This document shows positions 21,361 to 34,525 of a DNA stretch of 64,000 bases, piece after piece. The stretch lies in the NCBI RefSeq assembly GCF_000150275.1, contig NW_002060943.1, forward strand, positions 10,386,209 to 10,450,208, given 5' to 3'. A program made the translations under genes and the position numbers. The stretch comes from Trichoplax adhaerens (taxonomy: Eukaryota > Animalia > Placozoa). The notes below the pieces were generated by a model that worked only from the letters and a program-made list of their open reading frames with translations, was not told where the DNA came from and ran no database searches. The stretch's first letter is position 1. Every line of letters starts with the position of its first letter.

Positions 21361-24300
21361 TTATGAGCTAAGGACTGCAGACCGTTTCTCTTCAGAACTT
21401 TTGTCAACAGATGCGGATGGAGATTCTGAAGGAGGAGATGGTAAATTAGCTTGTTCGTCTAATTCACTGGACACACTTGGTGCACTAGGTTCAGCAGGTG
21501 AGCTTAGTCCTTCATTTTTGTGGCTTGGCGTTTCTTTCCATGAACTTGTCTCTCCAATTTGAAGCATTGCATTTAGCCTATTACCAACCTCTTCCATCTA
21601 GTATAAATACAATATATATATATATATGTAAAATTACTTGACTAATTGACCGTTGGTATAAAAAATCCACAGCACAAATTTTACAAATACTCGGAAATAA
21701 TTACTTCGGGATCGACATCATTTGATTTTACTTCTTTTAATATTGTTAGCTTGTCTTCAAACAGTCGAAGTTGTTTTATTGCTGAACGTTTGTCTCCCCA
21801 GTTATACAAGGCAATTGCATAATCAAGATTTACAAGTGGATCGTAACTGCAAATAAATCCATTAAGTAATAACGTTCGTATTACTATAAAATTTTTCATT
21901 GTGTTAGATAAAAAGTCTAAAGGTGGAGGGCTTTACTTGTCTAGCATGCAAGCTTGATCGTAGGCTTTTTTGGCGTTATTAGAGTCTTCCAAATGTGTCA
22001 GACATACTAGGTTAGGGAAAACGTATCATACATTAGTTTCCTTCTTATTTATCATAAAACTAAATCGCAAACTCACTCACTTGCAAGTAACATATATAGC
22101 TGGCCAAACTTTGGACGTAGGTTAATAGCAGCGCTGAGGTAGTGAAATGCTGAAGCATATCTAGTTTATTAAGCCAGTAAAGCAAAAATCATCGTATGTT
22201 TCAAGAAACTAATAGCATAGCAATTATTTGTGTAGTTTGATTTGTATTGGTTTTATAGTATAAGAAGGATACTGTTGCATTGTTAAATGAACAAGGCCCA
22301 GATTATACATTATCTTCCATTTGAAGGGCGACAAGTAAGCAGCTCGTTTCAGGCAGCTTACAGCCTGTTTAGAGAAGAAGTTACAACCAAAGTTAATCAT
22401 TTTAAGGGTGTACGGAACTGTACAATTATAGTTACCGCAACAAATTTCTTCTTTCCAAAAAAGCACATTCCAATATTGTTCCACAGTGGCGGTGATTCAG
22501 GTTCAACTGATGCTGCAATTCGATATTTCATAAGAGCAACATCAAAATCATTATGAGCTTGCATCATGGATCCAGCCGCAAGTATAGCCTAAGAAGAAAT
22601 GTAGATAAATTTTATTAGTAATAACGTAGTGTACAGTTGCTCTTGCTTGAGTATCATTATTATAGCACCATTACAGTACCTTCACATTAGAGGGGTTATA
22701 AATTAATGCTTGACCAAGTTGCTCGAAAGCTTTCTGATTTTGTCCAATCTACAGCATAAGAAGTAAGGCATTAGCATAATAATTCGTGATATCATTAAGA
22801 ATTCTTAAATCGAACTTAGAATGACGTACCTTAATATACAATAGCCCAAGAGTAGTCATGATTTCTGTATTTTCGGGAGAAAATCTACGGTTTCCATTTT
22901 TAATATATATGTGAATTAAAGTATTTAGCAAGAAGTAAAGTCATAAGAAAATAAGATATATTTAGGCATACTCGAGGGCTTGTTTATAAGTATCAATGGC
23001 GATTTGTAAGTTCCCCTCCAAGGCAAATACACGGCCAAGATGTATATAGGAAATTTCGTGACGGTTGTTATCAATAGCAGCTTTAAGGTATTCTTTAGCC
23101 TTTGTAAATTCTTTTAAATATAAATAACAAATTCCCTGATTATGCAGAACTTCCCAGTCAACTGACGTTTGCTGACGAGAAATTTCGTTGTATACTTCTA
23201 TAGCAGCTTTATGCCTAGCTAGTAAAAACCTGTACAGGTGAAAGAGGGTTTAAAGATTTAAAATACATATATATAATGAAGTGTCTTCAATCAGATGTGA
23301 GACCTTTAATATACGTCACGGTGCATATAGAATATTTATTGACTACTTTTAGGATAGGCCAAACAACGTTAGTACTTACAAAGATCTTGCAACCTGTTTT
23401 AAATTATCAATATTTTTAGGATTTAAAATGCTAGCTTTCTGAAACATTTCCAAAGATTCTTGAATTTTGCCCTCTTGACGAAGAATTAGTCCTAATCGAT
23501 TTAATATTTAAGTTTATGAAATTGCAAATTTAGATCAGCATACCCTTCAATAACTTTTACTTTAAGAGTACTCAAGTTGCCGGATTATAGAGTGCAATTT
23601 ACAGTTGTAATATCTATTTGAAGTCAGGTATATAAATAATTTTATAATTGTACTCAACGAGCGTAAGATTACCCTGAACATAGATTGCGTATTCACATAA
23701 GCCATGTGTTTCAGCTAACTGTTCCTTAATCAACGCCTATCCAAAAAATATTTAAAAGAATAAGCATTTCGATTACTGTATACAGTAAATTGATAACCTA
23801 ACGCCGGTTACTATCGACGAATTTATGGTTGCCATAGTAGCAAAGTTAACGAAGTACAGTATAGGTAGACTTCCTAATTGAAAGATGATTAAAGTTGTTT
23901 CTTTACAGTTAATAAATGTATCATAGTACCTTGCAAGCATCAAATTCTTTCTTTAGGTAGTGCATATGAATAAGCCAGTTTCTTCTTTCAAAAATCGACA
24001 GTTCAGGGGCTATGTAGAACATTTTTCACTTTTAATTTTAATAGAGTACGGTACGAATATGTATTTATAAATAAAATAATGTTATTAAATGTGAAATTGC
24101 GAATTTTAACATTAAAATAAGATAATATCAATTCGGCGGATAGCTTTAATTTTATTACAGTAGATATATACTGTATAATATAGACTACATAATGTATATG
24201 TTGCTGTCGATATATATAATTTTGGTGTTTCATCAAATACGTATAATCAAAAATTCGATATTAACGGTAAATAAGTAAATCGGACGAAAAGAAAAGTAAA

Positions 24301-24684
24301 TGTGTTATAGGATGGTACAATGTTATAACTGATATACCCGTTTTCTTACTATCAATTAATTGATAAAAAATATTCTGATTACTTTACGAGATTGATAAGG
24401 AAAGAATTGTCTGAATTTCTTTAAGGGTTTTCGTTCATATAGAAATTATATACTGTATTTGCTATTGATTTAGGTTATGCTGAACTTTACATCTTTGACT
24501 ACAGTATATTCGGAATTTCCATACCTTTGACTGGTCTCTTGGGCCTAGAACCTTCCGTAGGCTTTCTTAACGATCCAGACTGCTTTAATTCTGAATCTTT
24601 AATTCCTGTATCACCTCTGATCTCATTTGATGAACTCTCTCCCCCAGTTGTTTTAGCGGTCTGTTGTAGAGTTGCGTCGGCCAT
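21361..24684 (-). CDS. BBS4: Bardet-Biedl syndrome 4 protein (TPR, BBSome subunit)
   Basis: [105 protein letters not shown] and [36 protein letters not shown] match BBS4. Confidence 0.95.
22161..22272 (-). other. Probable U12-type (minor spliceosome) GT-AG intron in BBS4
   Basis: Donor CA|GTATCCTTCT matches the U12 consensus GTATCCTT. The 3' end GGCTTAATAAACTAG has a branch-like CTTAAT close to the AG and no pyrimidine tract. Splicing restores MQQYASAF. Confidence 0.7.
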
Positions 24685-24729
24685 TTCGTGTTTTAATTAA
24701 CTTGATTTCTTGAAATACTAAAGCACTAA

Positions 24730-25075
24730 ATACTGTACTGTACAGTATTGGATTTATCGAGTACTAAGTGAGCGGTATGATACTTCATAGTACTGTACTG
24801 TACTGTATTGAATGTTTATTTTTTTCTACAGTACAGTACTGTACAGTACTTCTACTGACAACCGTACGGTAGGTACAGTACAGTACAGTATAGTACTGTA
24901 CTGTACAGTATAGTACCGTGCTGTACTGTACAGTACATGAATACATAGTGCTAGGGTTCAGGCACTCCTGAATTCCTCTTCCTAGTGAATAATGCACTTC
25001 CCTCACCGTACCTGCACACGGTGTACAGTACCTGCAGACTGTACAGTACAGTAAGAATGTACTGTACACTGTAAC
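24730..25075. repeat. TACAG/CTGTA array in the BBS4/TRIP13 divergent promoter
   Basis: tactgtactgtacagt, acagtacagtactgtacagtac and similar runs between two head-to-head ATGs (24684 and 25208). Confidence 0.9.
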
Positions 25076-25207
25076 ATAAAGCACTAGGCCAGCAGCAGTT
25101 CAGCTGTTCTCAGGCATCCCTACTTCTACTTCTAGCTGCATCGTTGTTTTGCGTTCTTTACAGATAGTTTTATTTTCTACTGCTAATTAATTAATTTCTA
25201 TATTATA

Positions 25208-28200
25208 ATGGGAAAGTCTGACTATCTATCAACATTGAAAGATTCAAGCGAACTGCAAAATATATATGATAGCTTACCTGTAATAAATGCACAATCAGCT
25301 TATTTTGAAGTTATTCAGAAGATTGACAGGTGATGTGATATAATACTGTAAGTATTTAGCAAATGAAGTAATAAAACGAAGATACTCACTCGTACAGTAG
25401 CGCTAAATTTGTGAATATCAGATTATTACGCAGTTATGCAGTAAGGGCCCTAATACTTCCATGTTTTTATACGAACATGTTTTTGGTACGAAATTAATTA
25501 TGTTCGATATAGGAGCAAATTGTACTTAATAATTAAATAGGTCTAAAGTTTGATATACGCTTATAATTATTAATTAATTAATTATAATTATTAAGATTCC
25601 TGTATAACCAATTTTCATAGTATATCAATTCTATATATTACAGTACCAATGCTATAAATACCACGTAGAAGTGCGTAACTTAATGTGTGCTTTCCTGTGT
25701 TGTGTGTATGTACAGTATATGGCACTGCAAAGCACTTTTTATTTATTTTATTTCATTCTACTTCGTATGTACGCGTATATCATCATACGTACGTTCCTAC
25801 AAAACAATGAAAACCGCAGTGTTCTGGTGTTAATTTCTAAATTATGCAATCACTTATTCGTAATAGCCATGCAATCTCAGATGAAATTGAATCGCGTGTC
25901 AGAGCTATCCTCCTACAGTTGGATAAAATTTCTACCGAATTCGAATTAGAACAATTTCAGGATGATTTTTTAACAGACAATATCGAGAGCATTAAGATAT
26001 CGGATATGGGTGCCTCATATCAGGTAAGTTGAAATATTAATGGATTTTTAATACTATTAATCCTAAGTAATAACAATTTAGTTATTTACTATTAGTTGTA
26101 AATGCTGATTATATAAATTCAGGGTACTGTATGTATTCGTACGTATTAAAAATGCGTTAATTTCTGTTAATTCTGCAACTCTACTTCAATTTAATATCTT
26201 ACATTAGCCTATGCTCTAAGAAAGCTATGTTATTTATTTATTATCTCAGATGGTCAACCTAACCAACTGTAAAATCATAATAAATGTCTTTCAACTGCAT
26301 CAAGATGAGCCTGCAGATGAAGGTTTAAATGATGATGATGAGAATATAGTAGCTGCACGTCACTGGATTTTACCATCTACATACTTACATGATACGTGGG
26401 ATAGTTTAATTTACGAGGATAATATTAAGGCTAAGGTTATGCTTTTTTCTACTAACATTAACAACTTTGAAATTAGTTCTTGATGTAATAATAAACTGGC
26501 GCCTTTTTCAAGAACGCTATCGAAATTTTTGATAATCCATCTAAATAAATTAACATTGATACAAATTACTCACTAAACAGCTTTTAAGCTACATTTCTAC
26601 CACTCTACTCTTTTCGGACAAGTAAGGCTTCCACAATAAACTATGCTATAGCCTTGATTTCTCGATGCTATTAAAGAAATTAAATATATTCACTTTATTT
26701 AGGAAAGTAAACCAGGATCTAATAAATTGGAATAGGATCGTTTTATTGCATGGTAAGTACAATTTCTACCAAACATTAAGCAAAGTTGATTAAATTGCAG
26801 GTCAATAAACTCTTTCTTACCCGTTTACTGAACAATTTCTTCATTAGGCCCACCAGGAACTGGAAAAACGTCACTTTGTAAAGCATTAGCCCATAAATTA
26901 ACCATAAGATTTTCCAAACGGTCAGAGTCTTATCTAGGGTTGTTAGACTATTTTTGAGTTTATATGTAAGAAAACGGCATTCTTTTGAATTTCGTTATAT
27001 TTTGGTCTCCTTGTAATAGGTATAAATACGGTCAATTAATTGAAATAAATAGTCATTCGTTGTTTTCGAAGTGGTTCTCGGAGGTTAGAAAATCTAAATG
27101 TCGTTAGTATGACTGCTATTAGATCTATTTTTCGAACATTATACATATTTAAATATTAGTGCTTGACTTTCAATATTATAACAGAGTGGTAAACTGGTTA
27201 TGAAGATGTTTCAAAAAATTCAAGAATTGGTTGATGATTCAGACGCTCTGGTATGCCTTCTTATAGACGAGGTATTTATTGCATTGCATTAAAATCTGTA
27301 CCCTATTGTGCCTTCGTCAGAATAACTAATCTAAATTAACAGCTAAGAAAAAGAAAATCTTCTAACTACGCTAGGTAGAAAGCCTAACTGCTGCAAGATC
27401 AGCAGCATTAAATGGAACTGAACCTTCTGATGCAATTCGTGTTGTAAATGCTCTATTAACGCAGCTTGATCGTATTAAAAGGTTGACACGGTTTTGATGC
27501 AGTAGAACTACGCGAATAATTCACAACTATTTAACAATCTTTTAGATTCCTTTTATATCTTTAACAAGTCTTGTGTAAATATTTTAATATCAGTTTGGGA
27601 TTACCATTTTATTGTATAAATTGGACAATGCATGAAATTACTACTGCTTTGGATGGATGTTTGTGTACTCAATGTATAGTATAACGTTAATTGTAACTAG
27701 TTCTTAGCTTGATTATTTGTTACAATTTTAGTTATCCAAATGTTGTCATCTTAACTACATCAAACATTACTGATGCAATAGATCTGGCCTTCGTTGATCG
27801 GTGAGAATTTTAAAGTAATTTCTAATTAAATACGTTATATTTAAATTATATTGGCTTGAAAAGATCTTCTCAAAATTTTATATTGCTAAGAGCTGATATA
27901 AAACAGTTTATTGGCCTTCCGTCAGTTAGCGCTACCATGTCAATCCATTGTGCAAGTCTTAATGAGCTCATGAGAGTTAGTAGTGAATATTCTCTATTGA
28001 TACCCCATTTAAATGATACAGTAATCTGGTAATCTGGGAGTTTTATTAGGTACATTATCGGATTATTTTGACATATTACGAATTTAGGTTGGCATAATTA
28101 CACCTCCGAAATTATTAATAGATAATAGGTATTTGCTAACTTACGAATTAAAGTATTGTTTCTTTGATGGTAAAAAGTAGTGGCATCTAGTTTAAAAGTG

Positions 28201-28874
28201 AACTTTACTTTGTAAGCCATTTTATTTATTTCATCTTTTGCTAATAATTAATAATATCATCTATATCATGCAGGATAATACTATCAAAAATCAGGTAAAT
28301 TGATTCTTGGTATCAGATAATGGGTGCCTATTGGATTATACATATAGATATTTGAAGAATTAACGATTCGATTTAACTCTTTGAAAATCCTGCATTAGTT
28401 CTACCAAAGATGAGACGGCGAAACTTAGTCAAAAACTATTGGAAGTTGCTAGGTTAATATTATTTGGCGATATCGCGTAAAAATAAACTGCGCAATATGT
28501 TAATAACTTATTGAAATAGTTAAATTCTATAATTTACGTGCATATATGTTACTTTTTGTCTGGTGTAGTTTAGCAATAATTATACTGTAGTAATTAAAAA
28601 TTAAAGTATCAAGTATTATACGTATACTGTAGATTGTGCAAAGGCAGGAGTGGCCGCTACCTAAAAAAACTTCCATTTTTAGCACACGCCTTAGCAATTC
28701 AGGTAATAAGTAATAAGCTATTTAATACGAGATCTACTTGCCAAAAAGCTAATCTGGAAAGTTTCGTTTTATTTTTTTAAGTCGGCAACTTGCAATATAA
28801 AAGATTTCATTGATGCTATGTCCAAAACTATTGAACAAGCTGATGGCGAAAAAGATTTGTTTACCACATCTTAG
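25208..28874 (+). CDS. TRIP13: Pachytene checkpoint protein 2 / TRIP13 AAA+ ATPase
   Basis: [47 protein letters not shown] (Walker A), [28 protein letters not shown] (Walker B), [39 protein letters not shown] and [16 protein letters not shown]. Confidence 0.96.
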
Positions 28875-29501
28875 CGCACTCCCTGGGCAGTCGTCTTGAG
28901 TTTGTTGTGACTTATCAAGAATTATATATAATAATGCATGTACTGCTATATTGTATGATCACTTGATAAACTATGGCATTAATATTGCAACCGATAAAGA
29001 TAATAAAGATAATACTTTAACGTATTTGATTAAAACTTACTAAAAAGTATTATCAAAACTGATTTTAGTATGCATAAAGCAATGAATTTTTTAAATTACG
29101 ATACTTTGCTATGAATTATGCATATCCTAATGATTTTATCTTCCGATTGTAGGCATATTGTTAATTCGTATTAAATTAATCCGTGTACATTTTAATTTTA
29201 CTGTTTATAATAATTGAATTTTTTAAGAACTTCATCATGATGCTATCACAGGATGTATTCTGTACAGGTGATATTAAGAGTGGTTCCATTAGATGCTTCG
29301 TTTTAAGTAGCTTTTGAATGATTTTGTTATATACTGCACATTTGAAAGAAAATATACTTTGAAAAGAATTAATGCATGAAGTTGTAGCCTTTATGCCATA
29401 ATTATAGATAATTTACAATGAAAAGGCTAATTTGCCAGTAGCAATTCTTGGAATATAAAAATTAGAATTCATTTCGTTAAATTTTATACATTAGCCAATA
29501 G

Positions 29502-32500
29502 TTAGATTGTTTCAACTCGCTGATAGTTGTAATCCTTTGCGGTATTTTTCTCTACAGAATTATGAAAGAATTAATTTTGAGTAAGAATATAAGCAAAGCA
29601 TCCAGCAGGAGCTATGTAGCTTAGATTGCTTATGATACATATTTACATGTGTAGCAGACAGCAGAACTATTGCACTCTATACGTTCATAATATACAATAG
29701 AGTAATTTCAATGAACATTACATCACAAAATAGAAGAATGTTTTTAGATTACACGAAGTATTCTATTATATACATCGTGGACTCTCTTCGATACAAAAAA
29801 TAAGTATGGAATCTTGCAACACACCATAAATACAGTAGCGTAAGGAATAGAGCTGGCTTTTACTTACTTAAAACAGCCTGTGCCTTCATATATACATGTA
29901 GACTTATTCCCGCTATGCAAACAACCAGGCCCATAAAATTGATCAAGTTTATTTTATCGCCACCCAAGGTAAATGCTATACTCAATGTACAAATTTCCTG
30001 TAATTGTATATTTTTCATTAGGCGATAAAATTTTGCAATCAAATATAATTATTACACATCGAGACTTCAGTTGTACCTTAAAGATTCCAGAAATTGACAA
30101 TGTCAAACCCGACGTTTGTAACACAACAAAATATTCCGAGAGACTAAGTAGAAAGCCAAGAATAGCACCGATTAGGATAAGAAAGAGAGTCCATAAAGCA
30201 TCGCCAAGGTTAGCAGCCCGGAAAACCTGCGAAGAAAGTGCTAAGCTTGGTCCTATAAAAAAAGGAAAACATTCAATATTGACATCACTGATTCAATCAA
30301 GGCAATTTTACTAAAGCGCTATACTGAATCAAACGGACTAAAATCGATTATGATTAGGCATAATAATTACCTTCAATAAAAACAGCTAAAGGTAAAAGTG
30401 TAATAGCCATAATGGGTTGTAAGTGAAACATTAAATCTATAGGGTTAGCTAAACCTGAAGGGCAACGTTTAATAAAAGTTAGCATACTTCTGAGGCGTAC
30501 TGAAAAATTACGCCAATTCAGGTATCATAAATTTACCAACTGATTCTTTCTGTAAAATTGTCTGAGCTAAAGCCCATCTCAATCCGCCAATAAAAGAAGC
30601 GCTTAGCACCTTAAATACGTTTCATCAATTGTTAATTAATAAATTATTTAGCACTAAAATTGTTATAGCTAGATAATGGTTGTTACCAGGATGAAACCAA
30701 ATAGATTGAAGTCCGTTGATTGATACGTAAATAGCAGCAGCCCTCCACTGACAAGCGCAACGACAGAAATCTGAGACGCTTTCTAAATTAAGAAATTGTC
30801 GCTTATTTACTATTATTTATAGTAATTGAGTCATCACAGCAATAACGAATCTTTGTCTATGTATACGAGTATATGCATACGTCTTAGTAACGCCAAATTA
30901 TAAAGATAGAGAACAAATAATTTTAATGATGCGATGAATCTTATCAATTAATACACCGCCCATCAAATTATACTCTTTACAGTAAAGTTGTACTATGTGA
31001 AGAAAACTTTTATACAATATCTTACGTTATCGATGATGAGATTTAAAATAATGACAGTATTAACCAGAAACGCAAGATCATATAAATAGGACAAAGTTAA
31101 CAATACACCGCATTACATACAAATTCTTCAAGCCTGAACCATATCGAAAATCCAAGGATGAATATGATACAAGTTGACTTAGACATGGTATATCTATCAA
31201 TAAAAATTACAGCAAAGTTATAGTATATCATATATCTAAAATAGTTTAATTGTAGCCTATTTTTATAATAATATTTATAATTTTTAAGCAGCAGTCCTTA
31301 TAACACATGCAAGGATCGATGATTAATACTATTGCATTGATCACGAATTACAGTGTAGCATCTATCATATCACTGTGTCAACCAGATCCGAAAACTGCTC
31401 AATGTTTTTCACATGACGCATCTATAACTTAGTGCGCTTTAAATGTATTAATATTTTACTTACAATGATACAGTAATAAACAAGAAACTCCAATTTGAAA
31501 GGCCAATATCCAAAGCTGTTGATATTGCTATAAAGGGGTACAGTAAAGCGAAAATGGAAAAGTTGATAACAGAAAAACTATCTGAGACACGTATTGAAAT
31601 ATTCATGGTATGGTATGAATATAACAAACTATTTATTACACATATTAACTGTGTATAATAAGTAGTTCGTTTAATCGATTGTCATTATGAATAGATTAAT
31701 TTTTCACTAGCAATGAAGAAGAATTATAAAAAAGTGATGTTTGATTACCTGTGGGTGAGACTCTTCGAATATATGATTGCCACGATAGCCAAACGGTTCT
31801 TTGATCATAAACTAAGCGATAACACTCACGTATGAAAGCGGTGATACCGAATTTCACTAGTATATGAACCAAGGATATTGATAAAGGGAAGTGAAACCCC
31901 TACAAGAAGAGTACAATAAAATTATTAATATATAGATGTACTATAATTAGCGTACAGTATATCTTAGCGCAATACTGTATCATTTACTAACACGTTAGCT
32001 GTTAAATGCTGTATCATCACAAGCAATAACATTACTAGAATTCTTACAACTAATAAGTCAGTTGGAGGCTGAAATAGACTACTCTCAATTAATAATTGAA
32101 ATGATTGAATAAACGATAAAATACTTGTATGCTTGAGTATGTTATATAGGTATACTTTAAAGCATATTTTAAATATTAATCAGAGTACCTTGAAAAGAAA
32201 TTTCAACTCTTGAAGCTTAGGCTTCCAAATGTTGTAATACTAACATAATTTTTAATATTACAGTGCTATTTAGTATATTGATCCAAGTTTAACATATGAC
32301 GTCTAGCGTAATCAGTATAATAGCTAAATCTGTATTGCAACTCAAAAACTGTACTTAAGCAATACTCGTAAGTAAGCCTCTACTACGGAGCGGGAGACCA
32401 CCCGTCAATTATACAAAGTTTGTTAGTCCGTCTATTGGACTTGATCCTGTTATACTTTAGCGCTATCAAACTTGCTTATCGTNNNNNNNNNNNNNNNNNN

Positions 32501-33658
32501 NNNNNNNNNNNNNNNNNNNNNNNNNNNNNNNNNNNNNNNNNNNNNNNNNNNNNNNNNNNNNNNNNNNNNNNNNNNNNNNNNNNNNNNNNNNNNACTACTG
32601 ATGTGCGTATTGNAATAGGGATTTGTATAATATTTATATAGCAACGGTTAAAATTTTTCGCTATCCACAGAGCAAGTAAGCGTTAAAATTAAAGAACTAT
32701 CACAGCAACTAATTAATAAGGATCAGATAACATGGAGATTTTGCTCTACTGTATTTACTATACTGTACAGTATACTGTACAGTAGATTCGAGTGTACAGT
32801 ACAGTACATTGTATCTATGATTGCAGTCAGTCATACTGTACTGTACACTGTACAGTACACTGTAGTGCACTAATTTTTTTTTTGAAGAGGTTAGAAAAAG
32901 GTTTATATTATGCAGTGTATATTATTAGACATGTCACTATGAGAGTTTTTCAGAAATTCATATTTGGCATATCACGAATCTATGAATAAATATGTGAACA
33001 CTGTACGGTACTAGTGCAGTATAAATGGGAGTAGAGAATTGGAAGAAACTCTTTCACCATTTTGCATTGTTTACAAGTTTTACAGTACACTGAATAGTAC
33101 CAGGTAGTACGGTGCCCAATTCAAGGACACGTATTTAGCTCGATATACGGTAGAATTGCATTTGATTTTAAAATTTTACAGGGAAATACAGTAAATTATT
33201 CCACTAGCGAATTACGGGTATTCGTAAGCAAGCCTATTCCATTAAATATTGTAGTGTGTTATTAATTAAAGGGGCATTTATGTACAAAATTTGTGGACAA
33301 TGTGGGATAAATATTGTTCAGTATAGGAGTAGTGATCTACAGTACAGTATTTACTGTGCAGTACAGAACGCACAATACAATGTACTGTATATATGTACTG
33401 TACAGGACGCACAGTACCCAACCAGATTTTACAAGTAGATATAATATTTTTGCTAGCTGCCATTACCAGTATTACTCCAAAGCTATTTCTAAATAAAATA
33501 ATAGCATACAGATAATATATAAGATCTTTTAGTTTACTAACCTTAAACAGCCATTTATTATAAAATGTAAGGCAAATGGAAAATGTATAATACAAGATAA
33601 TTAAAGCCAATGTCCTGCATATCAACACGGTGTCTTCTGGTGCGTTTGCAAGCATCAT
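29502..33658 (-). CDS. SLC35C2: Solute carrier family 35 member C2 (nucleotide-sugar/TPT-family transporter)
   Basis: [84 protein letters not shown] and SEYFVVLQTSGLTLSISGIFKEICT. Last exon KKNTAKDYNYQRVETI*. Confidence 0.92.
32422..32447. mobile_element. Solo TIR-like motif (same family as the 44277-44365 hairpin)
   Basis: gttagtccgtctattggacttgatcc matches 44340-44365 at 25 of 26 positions. Lies in SLC35C2 intron 1. Confidence 0.55.
32483..32593. other. Assembly gap (N run)
   Basis: Contiguous N bases inside SLC35C2 intron 1. Confidence 0.99.
32748..33418. repeat. Smaller TACAG/CTGTA patches in SLC35C2 intron 1 (32748-32866 and 33338-33418)
   Basis: tactgtacagtatactgtacagt, gtgtacagtacagtac and tactgtactgtacactgtacagtacac. 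Confidence 0.75.
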
Positions 33659-34040
33659 GGCGTGAAATAAAATTATTATCCTTCAAAGCCAGATTGCACT
33701 CTGTATGGTGTGCTTTTAAAATTCTTGAATAATTCTGGATGGAGAAGTGTATGTAAGATGTACATACGAGTATATATTGTTGAGTACGATAGGGTCTTGT
33801 TAAATTATCCGCTTCAAATTAGTCGCATCTGTAAACGTATCTGATGGGCTATGACTACTGCTTTAGTCCAATGCCACTCACTCCGTTATATACGGTACTC
33901 TTACTGCATGCATCCATCCAGTAAGTCGAGGTACGGCGAATCGAAGATGCCTTGATACATAGTAATTTTACTGCACTATATCCGACATGAGATAAAAGCG
34001 AGCTGTGTGGTTTCATATCAGATCCGGTTTTCTGTTATCG

Positions 34041-34453
34041 TATACAGTACAGTACTGTACAGTACAGTACACTACTAGGCCTACTGTACAGTACAGTAAG
34101 CCCAAAGTCTCTTGGGATACTGTACAGTACAATGTACAGTACTGTGAGTTTTTTATTGTTCAGATGTACAGTACATTGTACTGTACACCTAAACAGAACG
34201 TCATCAGAAGTTGCAGAATCTAGTTGTGCAGCTGCTGTACACTGTACAGTGTACAGTACACAGTACACAGTACTGTACTGTACGTACACACTGTACACTG
34301 TACAGTGTACAGTACAGTACTGTACTTACAGGTCAGATCTACTACAGTACAGTACAGTACAGTACAGTACTGTACGCTACAGTGTAGTCCCTGGTACGGT
34401 ATGGGGTACTGTATGCAGTACTTTATATACTGTACACTGTACAGTACTACAGT
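34041..34453. repeat. TACAG/CTGTA array in the SLC35C2/MGLL divergent promoter
   Basis: Longest near-continuous array, including a run of about five TACAG units at 34343-34370. Confidence 0.92.
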
Positions 34454-34525
34454 ATAAATGTTTTAGTTGAAATTTCTAGGACAGTAGTCTGTGACTGTAA
34501 GTTCACTGGAAAGATAGAGCTCGAA

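Noticed and set aside
34041-34453. CRISPR-like repeat-spacer reading of the arrays
   Set aside because: There is no constant 23-50 bp repeat or regular spacer length, no cas genes, and the context is a eukaryotic spliced-gene region.
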